This document shows positions 1 through 12,246 of a stretch of 62,000 nucleotides of DNA, in pieces. The stretch is from Wallemia ichthyophaga EXF-994. Its lineage: Eukaryota; Fungi; Basidiomycota. The stretch lies in NCBI RefSeq assembly GCF_000400465.1, contig NW_008806277.1:144001-206000 (forward strand), given 5' to 3'. A program made the translations under genes and the position numbers. The notes under the pieces were generated by a model that did not search any database, was not told the DNA's origin, and saw only the letters and a program-made list of their open reading frames with translations. Within the stretch, counting starts at the first letter, position 1, and each line of letters opens with the position of its first letter.

Positions 1-325
1 CCTTATTCCTCTTAACCGTTTCCAAACTATCGTCTCTATAGCCGGTAATACCTTCGTCAATCGATAGCAAGAAGAGCTCGAGGCCATAATCGTGTCTCTC
101 GTTGAGTGTTTTCATAACATGCGCGAGTACTGTTGAGTCTTTTCCACCAGATGCTCCAATCGCTACGCGCTCTCCTCGTTTAAAAGTATTTGCATCGCTT
201 ATCGTCTTGTGTATTTCCTCCTCAAACGCAAAGAAGAAGCATTCCTTGCAAACCTGCTGTCCAGTCTTTGGACGCTTAATCATTGCTCTGTTGTTGCTGC
301 ATAGCTGACACGGCCTCGGTGGCAT
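1..325 (-). CDS. NCS6: Cytoplasmic tRNA 2-thiolation protein 1 (Ncs6/CTU1), 5' part; runs off the window edge
   Basis: Hand translation from ATG 325: [31 protein letters not shown]...[16 protein letters not shown]...[19 protein letters not shown]. It has CxxC zinc motifs and the PP-loop SGGKDS. Not in the ORF track. Confidence 0.95.
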   Translation of the reverse strand, partial: MPPRPCQLCSNNRAMIKRPKTGQQVCKECFFFAFEEEIHKTISDANTFKRGERVAIGASGGKDSTVLAHVMKTLNERHDYGLELFLLSIDEGITGYRDDSLETVKRNK

Positions 326-388
326 TTTTAGATATTTTAGTGATGGAAGTTCTGTTGCAACTCAACGGCGATCTGCAAATCAATTGGA

Positions 389-1942
389 ATGTTTCGCAGT
401 CTAAACAGACTCAAACCTGCTTTAGAATTCCTTCCAAATAAGGTTGACTTTGAATTGCGCCCGCTTGGAAGGTACGCGCTATCTGTAGCTGCATAGCCTA
501 TCTCACAATACCAGGCTCAACAAAGAAGCTGGGAGCAAGAGAGTTCCACACGTCACTCAGTCCGTTGGTTCCATGTTCGGGTCTGTCTCATCCTTCTCCT
601 TTTCTCCCCGCTCTTCTCATTCTGTCGTTCCAGCGGAAATCACAGCTTGAAGTGGATATCTCAACCCCGCAATATCCTCCTCGTCAAGAAATCACACAGT
701 GAAAGCTCCTCAAATGCAATGCATCACGTCATAAACCATATCAGGTCAAAATTTTCAGACACCAACATTATAGTAGAGGATGGCGTGAGCCGTGAGCTAG
801 CAGCTGTGCATGGAATACACGGTCTATATACAGCCTCTCAAGCCAACGAATCTACCCTCCTCTCTAAAGTGGATTTTGCCATTACACTAGGAGGCGATGG
901 CACAGCTTTGCACACCGCTTCCCTCTTTCCAACTGGCCCCGTGCCTCCTGTGCTTTCCTTTAGCACTGGCACTCTCGGTTTCCTGCTTCCCTTCCATGTG
1001 AACACATACAAAAGCGCGATCGACGATGTTTTCAACTCGACCGTTTCCGTTATAAAGCGCATGAGGCTTATGTGCACTCTTCACGACGCTTCCGGAAGGC
1101 TTATTGATGATTTGGATGGTTAGTGTTGCATAAAATATCGCCATTCTAACCCCACCCCGAAGTGTCGCATGTCCTCAACGAAGTGGCGCTCCATCGCGGG
1201 CGATATCCTCATCTAGTGCAGATTGAGATATACGTAGATGGGATGCCACTCACTGAAGCTGTAGCGGATGGCTTGATTGTCTCTACCCCCACTGGCTCAT
1301 CGGCCTACTCGGTGAGTTACGTGTGGTGTTTGAGTGATACAACTCACTCTCCCCAGCTATCTGCGGGTGGTCCACTAGTTCATCCCTGCGTACAGTCCAT
1401 TGTACTCACCCCTATTTGCCCACGAAGCCTCAGCTTCAGACCTGTCATTCTCCCGTCTGACTCGACAGTGCAGCTAAGGGTGAGTCAACGCCGATCCGGC
1501 TGCCATACTTGCTCACTGAATGTACAGATGTCCTCTAAAGCAAGAAGCAAACCGGATGTATCACTGGACGGACGCGAAGTGATGCAACTTGAAAACGACA
1601 ATTATATCCAAATAGCAATGTCGCCTTTCCGTAAGTGGGGTGTAGGATGTAGAATCGAGGTGAACAGGCTAACATGGCACAGCTCTCCCGTCAATCAATA
1701 GAGCTGCTCAGTACGATCCTGAGAGCAGAACCAGCACTCCTCGACTGCCTTCAGAAAAACAACTCGCGCAGAGCGCCTTGGACAGACTTGGGCGCGCACA
1801 GGATGACTGGGTTAGGGATATAAATGATCTTCTGAATGTGAGTAAGCCGCTTATTATCACGCTGCTGCTCACCTTTACTCAGTTCAACAGCCGCTTCGAA
1901 TCTAAAGGTCACGAAATCTATCACGGCGGGCAAGATGACTAA
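389..1942 (+). CDS. POS5: NAD(H) kinase, mitochondrial Pos5-type, multi-exon
   Basis: Motifs TLGGDGT, LNEVALHRG and ADGLIVSTPTGSSAYS. The spliced start MFRSLNRLKPAL resembles a presequence. It ends DWVRDINDLLN|FNSRF...QDD*. Confidence 0.85.
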
Positions 1943-3154
1943 AACTGAGCCAATGAGATGCTAGTTTCGTGAGTGTTGTATTTATATTAAAGTCTCACTT
2001 ATAATATCACGCGATTTTTATTCAAAAGCAGTCCCTGAGAACACTCTTTAATCATCATCACCACTTTTCGATGAAGCGGCTACAAAACCTATCACTGGAA
2101 ATTGATTCAATACTTTTCAGCTACCTCGATGGCTACGGATGTAACATGCTGCGCCTCCCCTGCCGCGCTCTAAACCAACAGGGTTTAAGGTCGACGAGAG
2201 CGACTGTGAAGTTACTTTCGAGGATTCTGGTCAATTTATAAGCCTATTAATCGACATCCCCACAACCCTCGGGCTGACTGATCGAGTAGTGTGCGTCATT
2301 AGCTGAATTACAAAAAGTCACTAAATGTGAATAATAGGTCAGCAAACGTCAAACAAGAATTGGAAACATTGGTAACCGTTGGAATCCACAAGGTTTTAGC
2401 GCATCTTCTAAACCTGCGAAGACTCAAAATAAAAGCCAATGGGAATAGAATCGTAAATGATGAAATAACCTTACACGGAGAATATCCCAAGCTGGAAATA
2501 TTATGATCCAAACGCGCACATTACGTGACAAAGTGTGCGTCTCCTTCCCCAGCCCTGAGTTGGATTTGCACTGATACTGGCCGCTGTGTGTAGCTGGTTC
2601 ACAATATCAGACCTAACTGTTGAAATAGCAAATAGTGAAAAAGGCTCACAAAAAGCCAAGTCACGCGAATTATGTAAACTATTCAGTTATCAACGGAACT
2701 ACAAGAAAAAAAAAAAGACATTTATGTGTTTGGGAATATTCAAAGTTCATATGGAGGACTTTTTGAGCGTTATTAAGAGGGTAAAACGCTGATGTATGAG
2801 AAGAGTCGAGACTGTACAAGTAATTTACAGATCCCTACAGAATAGACGAGTTCAAACTGCACACTCATCAAATTTCTCATAAATAGTACTACAAAGGTGT
2901 TATAAATCTTGATGAGGCTTATCGTACTGTTGCAAGTTATTATAAGAATGAATACGTTATGAAGGATAATCGATAGTGAGCGCTAATATGACTTTCTGAT
3001 TGAAATGGACAGGAACTGCAGTAATCGAGATACCACAATAAGCCCTAATGATATACAAGATTGCCTCGATTACTGTAAGACACTTGTATTTCAACCAAAA
3101 TTACAGTATACCTGCATAATAATAACAACAATTGATAAATTAAATCTATATTTT

Positions 3155-4964
3155 TTACTCCCCGAGACTAAATTGGGAAGTAGGACCGCCTGGCAAGTCC
3201 TTGAGAACAAAGGTTGCGACATCAGATCTGAGAATTGCAACATCAAGCATTTCAATGATGTGTTTGAGTTCTGCCAATCTATCTTGATCAGATTTGGCCA
3301 GAAGAGACGCGTCTTCCCTAACGTCTCTCCTGTCGGCTCTTGCAAGCACATCTGCTCTGATGCTTCTTTCGCGTCGCTTTCTCTCTATCAAATTGGCTAT
3401 AGTCTTGTACAGCTTAGCAGACAAAGCCAAATAGGCTTTGGGAAGATCAACATACCATAGGTAGAATGTACGATGCACAGCTCGGTCAGCAGATTTAGGC
3501 ACTTCCTGCAATTGAAGTAAACCGCTGGTCTGTAATTTGCCGATCGTCTCTCTAGTTTCTTTCATCGAGAGCAGCCCAAGAGTTGAGATATGTTTCTCTT
3601 CGAGCTTGCCTTTCTCCAAGACTATGTTGATGATACGCGCTGCTTCGTTTCCAAATTGCTCTCTGACTAAGCTGTCGACGAGTGATCTTTTGATACGAGC
3701 GCAAACGGTTTCATAGCAAACTTGGTATTCTTTACTAGTACCTGCTTTTTGCAAAAATCTGGTCGAAGCTCCTGCCGGTCCAGGGAAATCTTGAGATGAT
3801 AAGATTTGACAGTACTCAGTAATCAGCTTTACATGGTTGTCTTCTTTGTTGCTCAAAACTATGCCCTTTTTGAGGATGCTTTCCATCGGTGCGTATTTCG
3901 CTGCATGGTGGATTGGTATAGTCTCTGATAGTAGATCGTGAACGTTATTGTGAGTGTCTCTTTTGTTTTCCTCGGTAACTCTCAAGAATGCATCCACAAT
4001 TTTGCCAGACTGATCATTCCAGCGCTTGGCTGCTTCAGCAGCGATAAGCTGAGACTGTGCATTAGCAAGGCAAGACTTGTAATTTTAGACTCACTCGATT
4101 TCTCAGTCTGACGTTATAGTACTCGTAGTTAACACGGAAGTAGGCATTTTCCTGTATTTGATCAGCAAAGGCGATGGGGAGGTAGTCGCACATACGTCGA
4201 TCGAGTAGGAGTCTTCAGCCGAGTCTCCAGATTTATTCTTACGCTTCATACCAGCGCGTGTACCGTCATCCTGCATTGTATCACCACGCTCCTCTTGTAA
4301 CTCGCTGAACAACCTGCTAGCAGCCTGGTCTTTGATCATTTTGATATCTTTAGGGCCAAGGATGTGAGTCTTTGTGAAGGTACTCTGCTTAATCTCCTTT
4401 TCATATATGAGTGTTTTGTCTCTGGGACTGATGTGCATGTTTTTGGTTGATTTAGTAAGTGCAGCTGATCTGACGAGTTTAACGAGAACTCTCTTTTTCG
4501 TTGTGTCGCTGATTTCAGTTGATATTCTTGCGAGTAGATCGTGCGGACGCAATTTACCGTTGAGGAGTACAGTTGTGATCATTTCCGAAGCACATCTACT
4601 CTCCAGCTTATCTTTCAAGCTTTCTGCGGCGTAGACAATGTACCTCCCGAATCTAACTCTAGCGTGTATCTCGTCTGTGTTAGTTTCGTAGAATTCTTCG
4701 TTATCAGATTGACAATGCCACATGCAATTCTGCTGAATGAGAACCAAGAGTGCTGCTCGTACTTGCTTTGGTTTTAATGAAGTGTATCTCGCTATCAATG
4801 GCAATGGCAGTCTACCAAACTCCAGTACAACTTGGCCTACACGCTAGGAGCTGGCTGTTAGAAACTGGGACTACAGAATACTATGCAGCACTTACAGACA
4901 CTACTACACCAAAATCATTCTCTAAAATTATTCCACACAACCGAGAAGCCTCCTTGGTGACCAT
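3155..4964 (-). CDS. RPC82: RNA polymerase III subunit RPC3/C82
   Basis: Start MVTKEASRLCGIILENDFGVVVS|RVGQVVLEFGRL, then VRAALLVLIQQN and the C-terminal LQEVPKSADR...RTFYLWYVD. Combines ORFs 4103-4804 and 3155-3997 with a hand-found first exon. Confidence 0.9.
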
Positions 4965-4994
4965 GTCCTCTTGGTCGCGACAAGTCAAGAAGAA

Positions 4995-6701
4995 ATGTCG
5001 TCAATCTACAAGGTATTTGGCGTGTACTAGTCTGTATGCTGCGCTCACGCCTCAATTCAGCCAAGTCTCGCAGATGTGCGCTCACTCGTACTCGATCAAC
5101 AGAAAGGGAATTGCGTACCTGTGTACACCAGCATACAAGCAGATCTACTTACGCCTGTAATCGCCTACTTGAAAATATCACAAAACTCAAATCACAGCTT
5201 CCTCCTCGAGAGTGTCGCTGCGAATGAGCGTAGCAGATACTCTTTCATTGGTGCTTGTGAGTTTGATAGTCATCGCGTATTTCCTTTAATCAATGTTTAA
5301 AGCCCCACTCAAGCTTATGAAATCTGGCCCAAATGAGGACATTTCTGGTGATCCTATGCCTGCACTTGAAGCGGAACTTGGAAAGTACAAATATGTTAAG
5401 GTCGATGGCTTGGACACCTTCACTGGTAGGACCTGTTGGGTTTTCATGTACAAAGCTAACGATGCCTGGCTCAGGCGGTGCTGTTGGCTACGTCGCTTAC
5501 GATTGTGTTCACCACTTCGAACCAAAGACAAAAAGAGAACTCAAAGATCCACTCGGGATCCCTGAATCTATGTTCATGATCTGTGACACTATTCTTGTCT
5601 TCGATCATGTTTTCCAGAAAGTCCAAGTTGTTAGTCATGTCAATGTTCCAGATAACTGCAATGAAGTCACCCTTCAAGCCAAGTACGCTGTAGCAATTGA
5701 CAAGATTAGAAAGACTGTTGAATTGCTAGAGGATCAGCAAATGCCTAGGGGTCCTTACCAGCCAATGATTGGTCAATCCGGTGAAGCTTTCAGTAACGTC
5801 GGTAAGACCGGATACGAGGGCTTCGTTACATCTCTCAAGGAACACATCAACAAGGGTAACATCATCCAAGCTGTACCTTCACAAAGACTAGCAAGACCGA
5901 CGCAGCTTCACCCATTCAACGTTTATAGACACCTGCGCACTGTCAACCCATCCCCCCACATGTTCTATCTTGATTTCAACGGTGATAGCCCAGAAGGTGT
6001 AAGGTTTGTGGGTGCTTCACCTGAAACGCTCTGCAGGGTAGAGAACAACAAGGTGTTTAACCACGCAATTGCTGGTACTGTCAAAAGAGGTAAAACTAAA
6101 GAGGAAGATGAGAGGCTGGGAGAAGAGTTATCTCAATCTGAAAAGGATAGAGCTGAGCACATTATGCTTGTCGATTTGGCGAGAAATGACGTCAACAGAG
6201 TCTGTAAACCAGAGACTGTCAATGTCGACGAGCTGATGAAGGTCGAAAGATTCTCTCACGTCATCCACCTAACTTCACAGATATCTGGACAGCTGCGTGA
6301 AGGAAAGTCTCGCTTCGATGCTTTCAGATCCATCTTTCCAGCTGGGACCGTGTCCGGTGCACCAAAAGTCAAGGCAATGGAGCTGATCGGTGAGCTGGAG
6401 GGTGAACGCAGAGGAATATACGCCGGTGCAGCTGGTAGATTTGATTTTGCAGATAATGAAATGGATACGTGTATCGCTATCCGCACCATGACATTTAAAG
6501 ATGGCGTAGCATACCTGCAAGCAGGTGGTGGGATTGTGTATGACAGTGTTGAAGAGGACGAGTATATCGAGACTATAAACAAGCTTATGGGTAACGTCAA
6601 ATGCATAGATCAAGCCGAAGGTAGGTTGTTGTTTTCCGCGTTTGCCTGATACTTCTAACACGCACACAGAATACTATCGTATGCTTAACGGTGAACTATA
6701 A
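4995..6701 (+). CDS. TRP2: Anthranilate synthase component I
   Basis: Motifs FLLESV...[24 protein letters not shown]-like [33 protein letters not shown] and [10 protein letters not shown]. Spliced start MSSIYK|PSL. Confidence 0.95.
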
Positions 6702-6799
6702 AAAGGACGCTATGTAATTAATGTATGAATACAGATAACATGGAAACATGGCCGTGCTCGATGGATGCGCGATGGTGAAAATTTCCCAAACATCACCAC

Positions 6800-7579
6800 T
6801 CATCTGCCTAATATCTGGGCAGCCTTTCCAATAATACCTTTTTTTTCAAGTACACGCTCGACGGCACGCTCAACAAAGCCTTCCAATGCGATTCGCTTTC
6901 CCTGTGGCGTGCTCTTGCCCTCTCCATCAACGTTCTCAGCCTCTTCGAAGAGAGCTTCGACTGCATTTTCTACGTACTTGCCAACCATATCGACTTCAAG
7001 GTTGACGGTATTGCCTGGCTTCTTGGCAGAGAGGGTAATTTGAGATTGTGTGTAGGGTATGAGCATCACTCCGAAGCTCTTTTCGCGAGTATCGACGTGT
7101 GTGACGGTGAGAGAAGCACCATCTATAGTGATATAACCTTTAGGAATGATATAAGGTGCAATGTTATCTTTACCGTGTTGCTTCGGTGGAATTTCCATCT
7201 TGTAGCGCAACGACGCGCCATCGCTATCGACCTGCATAATGCGCGTAGTGGTATCGACGTGGCCCTGAACAATATGACCACCCAGTCTAGTCCCGACTTG
7301 CATTGCCCTTTCGAGGTTCACCTCATCGCCAACTCTCAGCTCGCCAAGGTTCGTGCGCTGTAAAGTTTCCGGGGCTAAACCGACTTTGAAGCAAGTGGAT
7401 TCGAAGCTTACAACGGTAAGGCAGGTGCCATTTATAGCGATACTGTCACCGTTGTGGCAGTCACTGAGTAAATCGTGCGTGGTGCTGAGTAAAACACTCC
7501 AGCCACCATTCTCAGATTCATCCATCTGCTCAATTCTTTGTACTTTGCCTACAGCCTCAATTAAACCAGTGAAAACCAT
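6800..7579 (-). CDS. RIB5: Riboflavin synthase (alpha chain), intronless
   Basis: N-terminal MVFTGLIE, plus GDSIAINGTCLTV, VNLERAM, GGHIVQGHVD and VNLEVD repeats. Confidence 0.96.
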   Translation of the reverse strand: MVFTGLIEAVGKVQRIEQMDESENGGWSVLLSTTHDLLSDCHNGDSIAINGTCLTVVSFESTCFKVGLAPETLQRTNLGELRVGDEVNLERAMQVGTRLGGHIVQGHVDTTTRIMQVDSDGASLRYKMEIPPKQHGKDNIAPYIIPKGYITIDGASLTVTHVDTREKSFGVMLIPYTQSQITLSAKKPGNTVNLEVDMVGKYVENAVEALFEEAENVDGEGKSTPQGKRIALEGFVERAVERVLEKKGIIGKAAQILGR

Positions 7580-7696
7580 TTCGCTGTGAGTGAGTGTGCT
7601 GAGCCAAGAGCCAACGTCAACTTGATGATATGCGTGTTATTGAAATATTTGTGGATTTAATTCATTTCTTTATTCTTAACCACCAACAGCTATCAA

Positions 7697-9753
7697 ATGT
7701 CAACAGCAACGGCAACACCAGCAATCCCGGCGACAACGAGAGATGAAGCAACTCAGAGCAACTACGAGGAGATTTCATCCACGCATCTCCATTTAGACTG
7801 GCAAATCGTCTGGGAGATGTCCGAGATAACCGGTGTCGTCACTCACTCACTGGTTGCGCACAAGCACGGCGTGCATGAGGTGCACTTAGATACGAGTTAT
7901 TTGAAAATACGCCGTGTTTCCACTGCAAGGCATAATCAAAGTCTCAACTTCAAATTGCAACAGCGAGATGCCACAATGGGGAACAAATTGGTTATCTACC
8001 TCCCACACAAGCTCAACGAGAGTGAAACGATTGATATCACAATCAACTACTCGACCACCAAGTATTGCACTGCACTGGCTTGGCTTGGGAAAGCCCAGAC
8101 TACTGGTGGTGACTACCCCTACGTCTACAGTCAGTGTGAAGCAATTCACGCTAGATCACTCGTCCCCTGCCAAGACACGCCTGCGCGCAAGTTTACCTAC
8201 TCTTCCAAGGTCAGAAGCACCCTACCTGCCCTCATGTCAGCTCTGAGAGTGGCACCTGCGAAAGACACGCCATTAGATGAGTTGCTTGGGAAAGACGTCG
8301 TTTATGAGTATAACCAGCCCATCCCAATGCCCTCATATCTGATTGCAATCGCGTCTGGGAAGCTAGCCTTTAAGTCTTTCGATGTACCAAGCGGTGTGGT
8401 GTGGAACGCGGGTGTATGGACCGAACCAGAGTAAGTTTGAGCCAAAACTACTATTCGCAACTTCCTAAACATTTCTCAGACTTCTTACGTCGTCTTACGA
8501 CGAATTCAATGAAGACATACCAAAGTATATCCAAAAAGCAGAACACTTGACTGGTTCAGAGTATGCGTGGGGGACATACGATATTCTCGTCCAGCCAAAA
8601 AGCGCACCATTCGGAGGTATGGAGAATGTCTGTCTTACATTCGCAACACCAACTCTCCTTGCTGGAGATAGAAGCCTGACGGACGTGTTAGCGCACGAGA
8701 TTAGTCACTCGACATTCGGCAATGACATCACTTGTTGTCAATGGAACCACTTCTGGGTCAACGAAGGCTTCACAACGTACATGGAAAGACTCATCTTGCA
8801 GTTCATGCATTCAAAAGCAGATCGCGACTTCTCATACATTATCGGAAGGAAGGCCTTGCAAGAAAGTCTGGAGGAGATGGAAAACGAGCGCAGATACCAG
8901 AAATTGGTCATACCTTACCGCGCTGGAGAAGATCCAGATGATGGGTTTTCCAGCGTACCTTGTGAGTTTGTGTCATTTTGAGTGCTCCTCTAACACTCAA
9001 GCTAGACGACAAAGGCGCAAATTTCCTCTACTACCTTGAAAAGACTGTTGGAGGCTTAGACGTGTTCCTGCCATTCGTCAGGAGCTATGTTCAGACATTC
9101 AAAGGAAAGAGCATTGCTACTGCAGACTTTCACACACATCTATTTGATTTCTTCAGTGGAGATAAGGCGGCAACGGAGCAACTCGACAAGGTTGATTTTG
9201 ACGCTTGGTACAATGGCACAGGATTGGTAGGTAATAGCTTTTGCGAGCTATGATACTAAAATATAAGCAGTCCCTGCCAGTCGAGTTGGACTACGATACA
9301 TCATTAGCTGATGCTGCCTTTGATTTGTCGGACAGGTGGAATCAAAGGCGCAACGCAAGTAGCAAAGAGTTAGAATCAACCTTTCACGCAGACGATATAA
9401 AAAACTTCAACTCGAACCAAAAGGTGGTGTTTTTGGAGAAGTTGCAGTCCTATCCAGCATTCAAAGAGGAGGTACCGAAAGCCATTGCTAAGGTGTACGG
9501 TTTCGATGAGGCACAGAATGCTGAAATAAGATTCAGATTCTACATCCTCGCTCTCAACTGTGGTAAGACTTATGCTAAAGCTGCGGCAGAATGGGTAGCA
9601 CACCAAGGTAGAATGAAGTTCTGCAGACCGTTATTCAGATCGTTGAACAAGGTTGATAGCTCACTAGCTTTGAAGACGTTTAAAGACAATGAGAACTTCT
9701 ATCACCCAATTGCAGCCAAGCAGATTAGAAGAGATTTGAAGTTGGATAAGTGA
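7697..9753 (+). CDS. LAP2: Leukotriene A4 hydrolase-like M1 aminopeptidase
   Basis: Motifs YSQCEAIHARS, PFGGMEN, HEISH(S)-x18-E (WVNEGFT) and the C-terminal GRMKFCRPL...YHPIA. Spread over 4 ORF segments joined by short introns. Confidence 0.93.
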
Positions 9754-9824
9754 ATGCTATTTGACTGCTATGCAATAATGTATAAATCAATACAGGAAGA
9801 AACATTACAATTTAAGTTTTGCTA

Positions 9825-11649
9825 TTACTTGCTACCAGGCAACTTGTCGCCTTGTTGTGGAATATGTGTGAAAGCGCCTTTTGCAAACCACTTATCATTC
9901 GCCGCTTTGAGTTTACGCTCATTCTCGGCGTTTTGATTAGGATTAGCCAACTCAATACCCTGGAATGGAGTAATGGACAGACTAGACGCAGTACCACTAG
10001 TTGCTGTTCCTGAAGTTGCCTTCGATGGACCACCTAGCAATTGAGTGCGAATTTTATTTTGTTTGCTCATTTTAGCTCTACTTTTAGAATCAATTGCACT
10101 AGCTCTCAATTTACCAGATTCTTTGCCCAGCATACCGAGACCTCTAGTCTCACCACCGAAAGCATCAGTCTCTTGCTCTTGTTCACCAAATTTGACGCGG
10201 TTGCTGAGTTGACGGAGCTCTGTCATACCATATGCTTCCTTAGCTTTACGTGCTCTTCTTCCACCCCTCCTCTTCTTCTTTCCGTCTTCGGATGGTACTG
10301 GAAGTGCTTTTGTTACTTTCAAAGGAGGAGGTTCAGCCATTTTTTCGAAATGCTTTTCTAGTTTAGTTCTTAGCATATCTCCGTAGTTGCCTTCTTTGCT
10401 ACCACCCTCGAGGTCCACTCTAGCGGCTAAGACCACCTTACCGGAAACAGTGCGCTGAGCTTTAAGCTTGTGTTCTGGTTCGCAAGACTGCACAAGATCA
10501 GACTGGAAAATGAAACCAGTATGTCTGTTCATAGTTGCTGTGGATTGGCCTGTCGGTGTCTTCTTCATAGCACCTAGGAGGTAGACATTACACGAAGGCA
10601 TCTTAGCTAAAGCTTGCAGACCACCCGCTACACCTATCAGCTTTGCTGCGGTTGTCGTACCAACGATAGCAGACACGTTGGGCGAGAGTATATTCATACG
10701 CGACTGAACATATTCGAATATCTGAAGGTAGTGAGTGAGTGTGAGTGTGAGTGTGGTGAAGTAATGCAAATATATTCACCTTCCGTTTGGCATCTTCTAG
10801 CTCTTTGTGCACTTGACATGCAGCGTCTACTCTGTGCCACTCGTCGTGCGATAATTGACGACCATCTGCAGTTGTAGCGCTGACAGTAATGACCATGATA
10901 GTATGGCCTTTAACGACATCCTTCAGTGGAGCTTGTGAAATGTCTTGCAAGTTTCCAATAGCTTGTACAACGCGTAAGTAGACTGTAGGTTCTGGTACGA
11001 GAGTGTCTAGACCGGGAAACTTAGCGTGATAGTGATCTCTAACGAATTTGTGTACGATGAGAAGCTCATTATCAACCTCGACAGCTAAATTGTTAGCTTT
11101 AACGATGATATCGTATTCAGGGTTATCGGCGAGTGAACCACCTTTGACAAGCTTTGGGTGAAGGAGGAATTCGTCAATGCCCTGATGATTTGTTAGTGAG
11201 TTGTAAAAGGATAGACTGGTGACTCACCTCAAGTACGTCTTTCATGCGCTTTGAGGATGTTAGAGGTGCTACTTTCCTGACATCTAGAACCTTTTCAAGC
11301 TTGAAGCCTTCAACAGCTTCTGCATCAAGCTCATCTGCTGGTCTGACACCACCTGTTGGTACGTATAGCTGACCATCCTGGAGTTGTACCTGGTTTGGAT
11401 CTTTGGGTTGGTCATCTTGATCCATTTTCACATCGTCCTGATCAGCTCTTAGTGGGGATATTGCTGATCTTTTGCCATTTCCATTTGTGGTTGTGGTTGT
11501 GGCAGTGGCAGTGTCTTCTCCAGTGGCATCTTCACCGGCATCACCGGTTTCTTCATCAGATAAGCCATCTAGATCGTCGATAAGCTCTTGTGCGAGTGAC
11601 TGATAGGCTGTTAGGTGGTTTAATCGGTAAAAGCGCTGAGACAGACCAT
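9825..11649 (-). CDS. PRP31: U4/U6.U5 tri-snRNP protein Prp31
   Basis: First coding exon is ATG only, then [10 protein letters not shown]. It has a Nop domain ([19 protein letters not shown]), [15 protein letters not shown] and [16 protein letters not shown]. Confidence 0.93.
10729..10755. repeat. Short (GTGA/GTGT) simple repeat inside a PRP31 intron
   Basis: The sequence gtagtgagtgagtgtgagtgtgagtgtgg is read directly. Confidence 0.5.
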
Positions 11650-12246
11650 CAAGAACGATCGATGATGAAAGTTCGGGACCAAAGATAATCAGAGATAGCG
11701 GGAAGGGGGAGTGATTGATGAGATGTAGTTTATTCAAGTCCTCGTGGTCGTTTCAATAACCCTAATCAATAGGATATCAATGGCATTGAGATGATTAAAG
11801 TTATAGACACAAACTAACAACGTAGATTGATGTTATTTAGTTTTGTAATGTATATCTATCAATATTTTTACAAAATCCGCGCCGAATAAAGCCAAAAAGT
11901 AGCATCGGAGATAATCGCGTTTATTTGAGGTACGCGGGTAATAAAGGGTATTTTGAGGGGAATGGAGGTGGATTAGAGGTGAATTCGAGTATAAATACGT
12001 AATTTCTAAGTAATACATTGTAATTTATAATCAATGGTATCCAAAATCCAGTCAAATGATATTCAAATGACGTTATTACGACGCCAAAAGCGTATTAACG
12101 AAGGGAATGAGAGCAAAATTGGGATAAGTATGGTTTAATAGAGGCTGGTATTGTATAAAACTCAAAACCAATCTCCCCCGAACAAATTACATAAACACTG
12201 AAATTTGATTCGTGAGGCTCAAACTTGTTTCATTAAAACATCCAAC

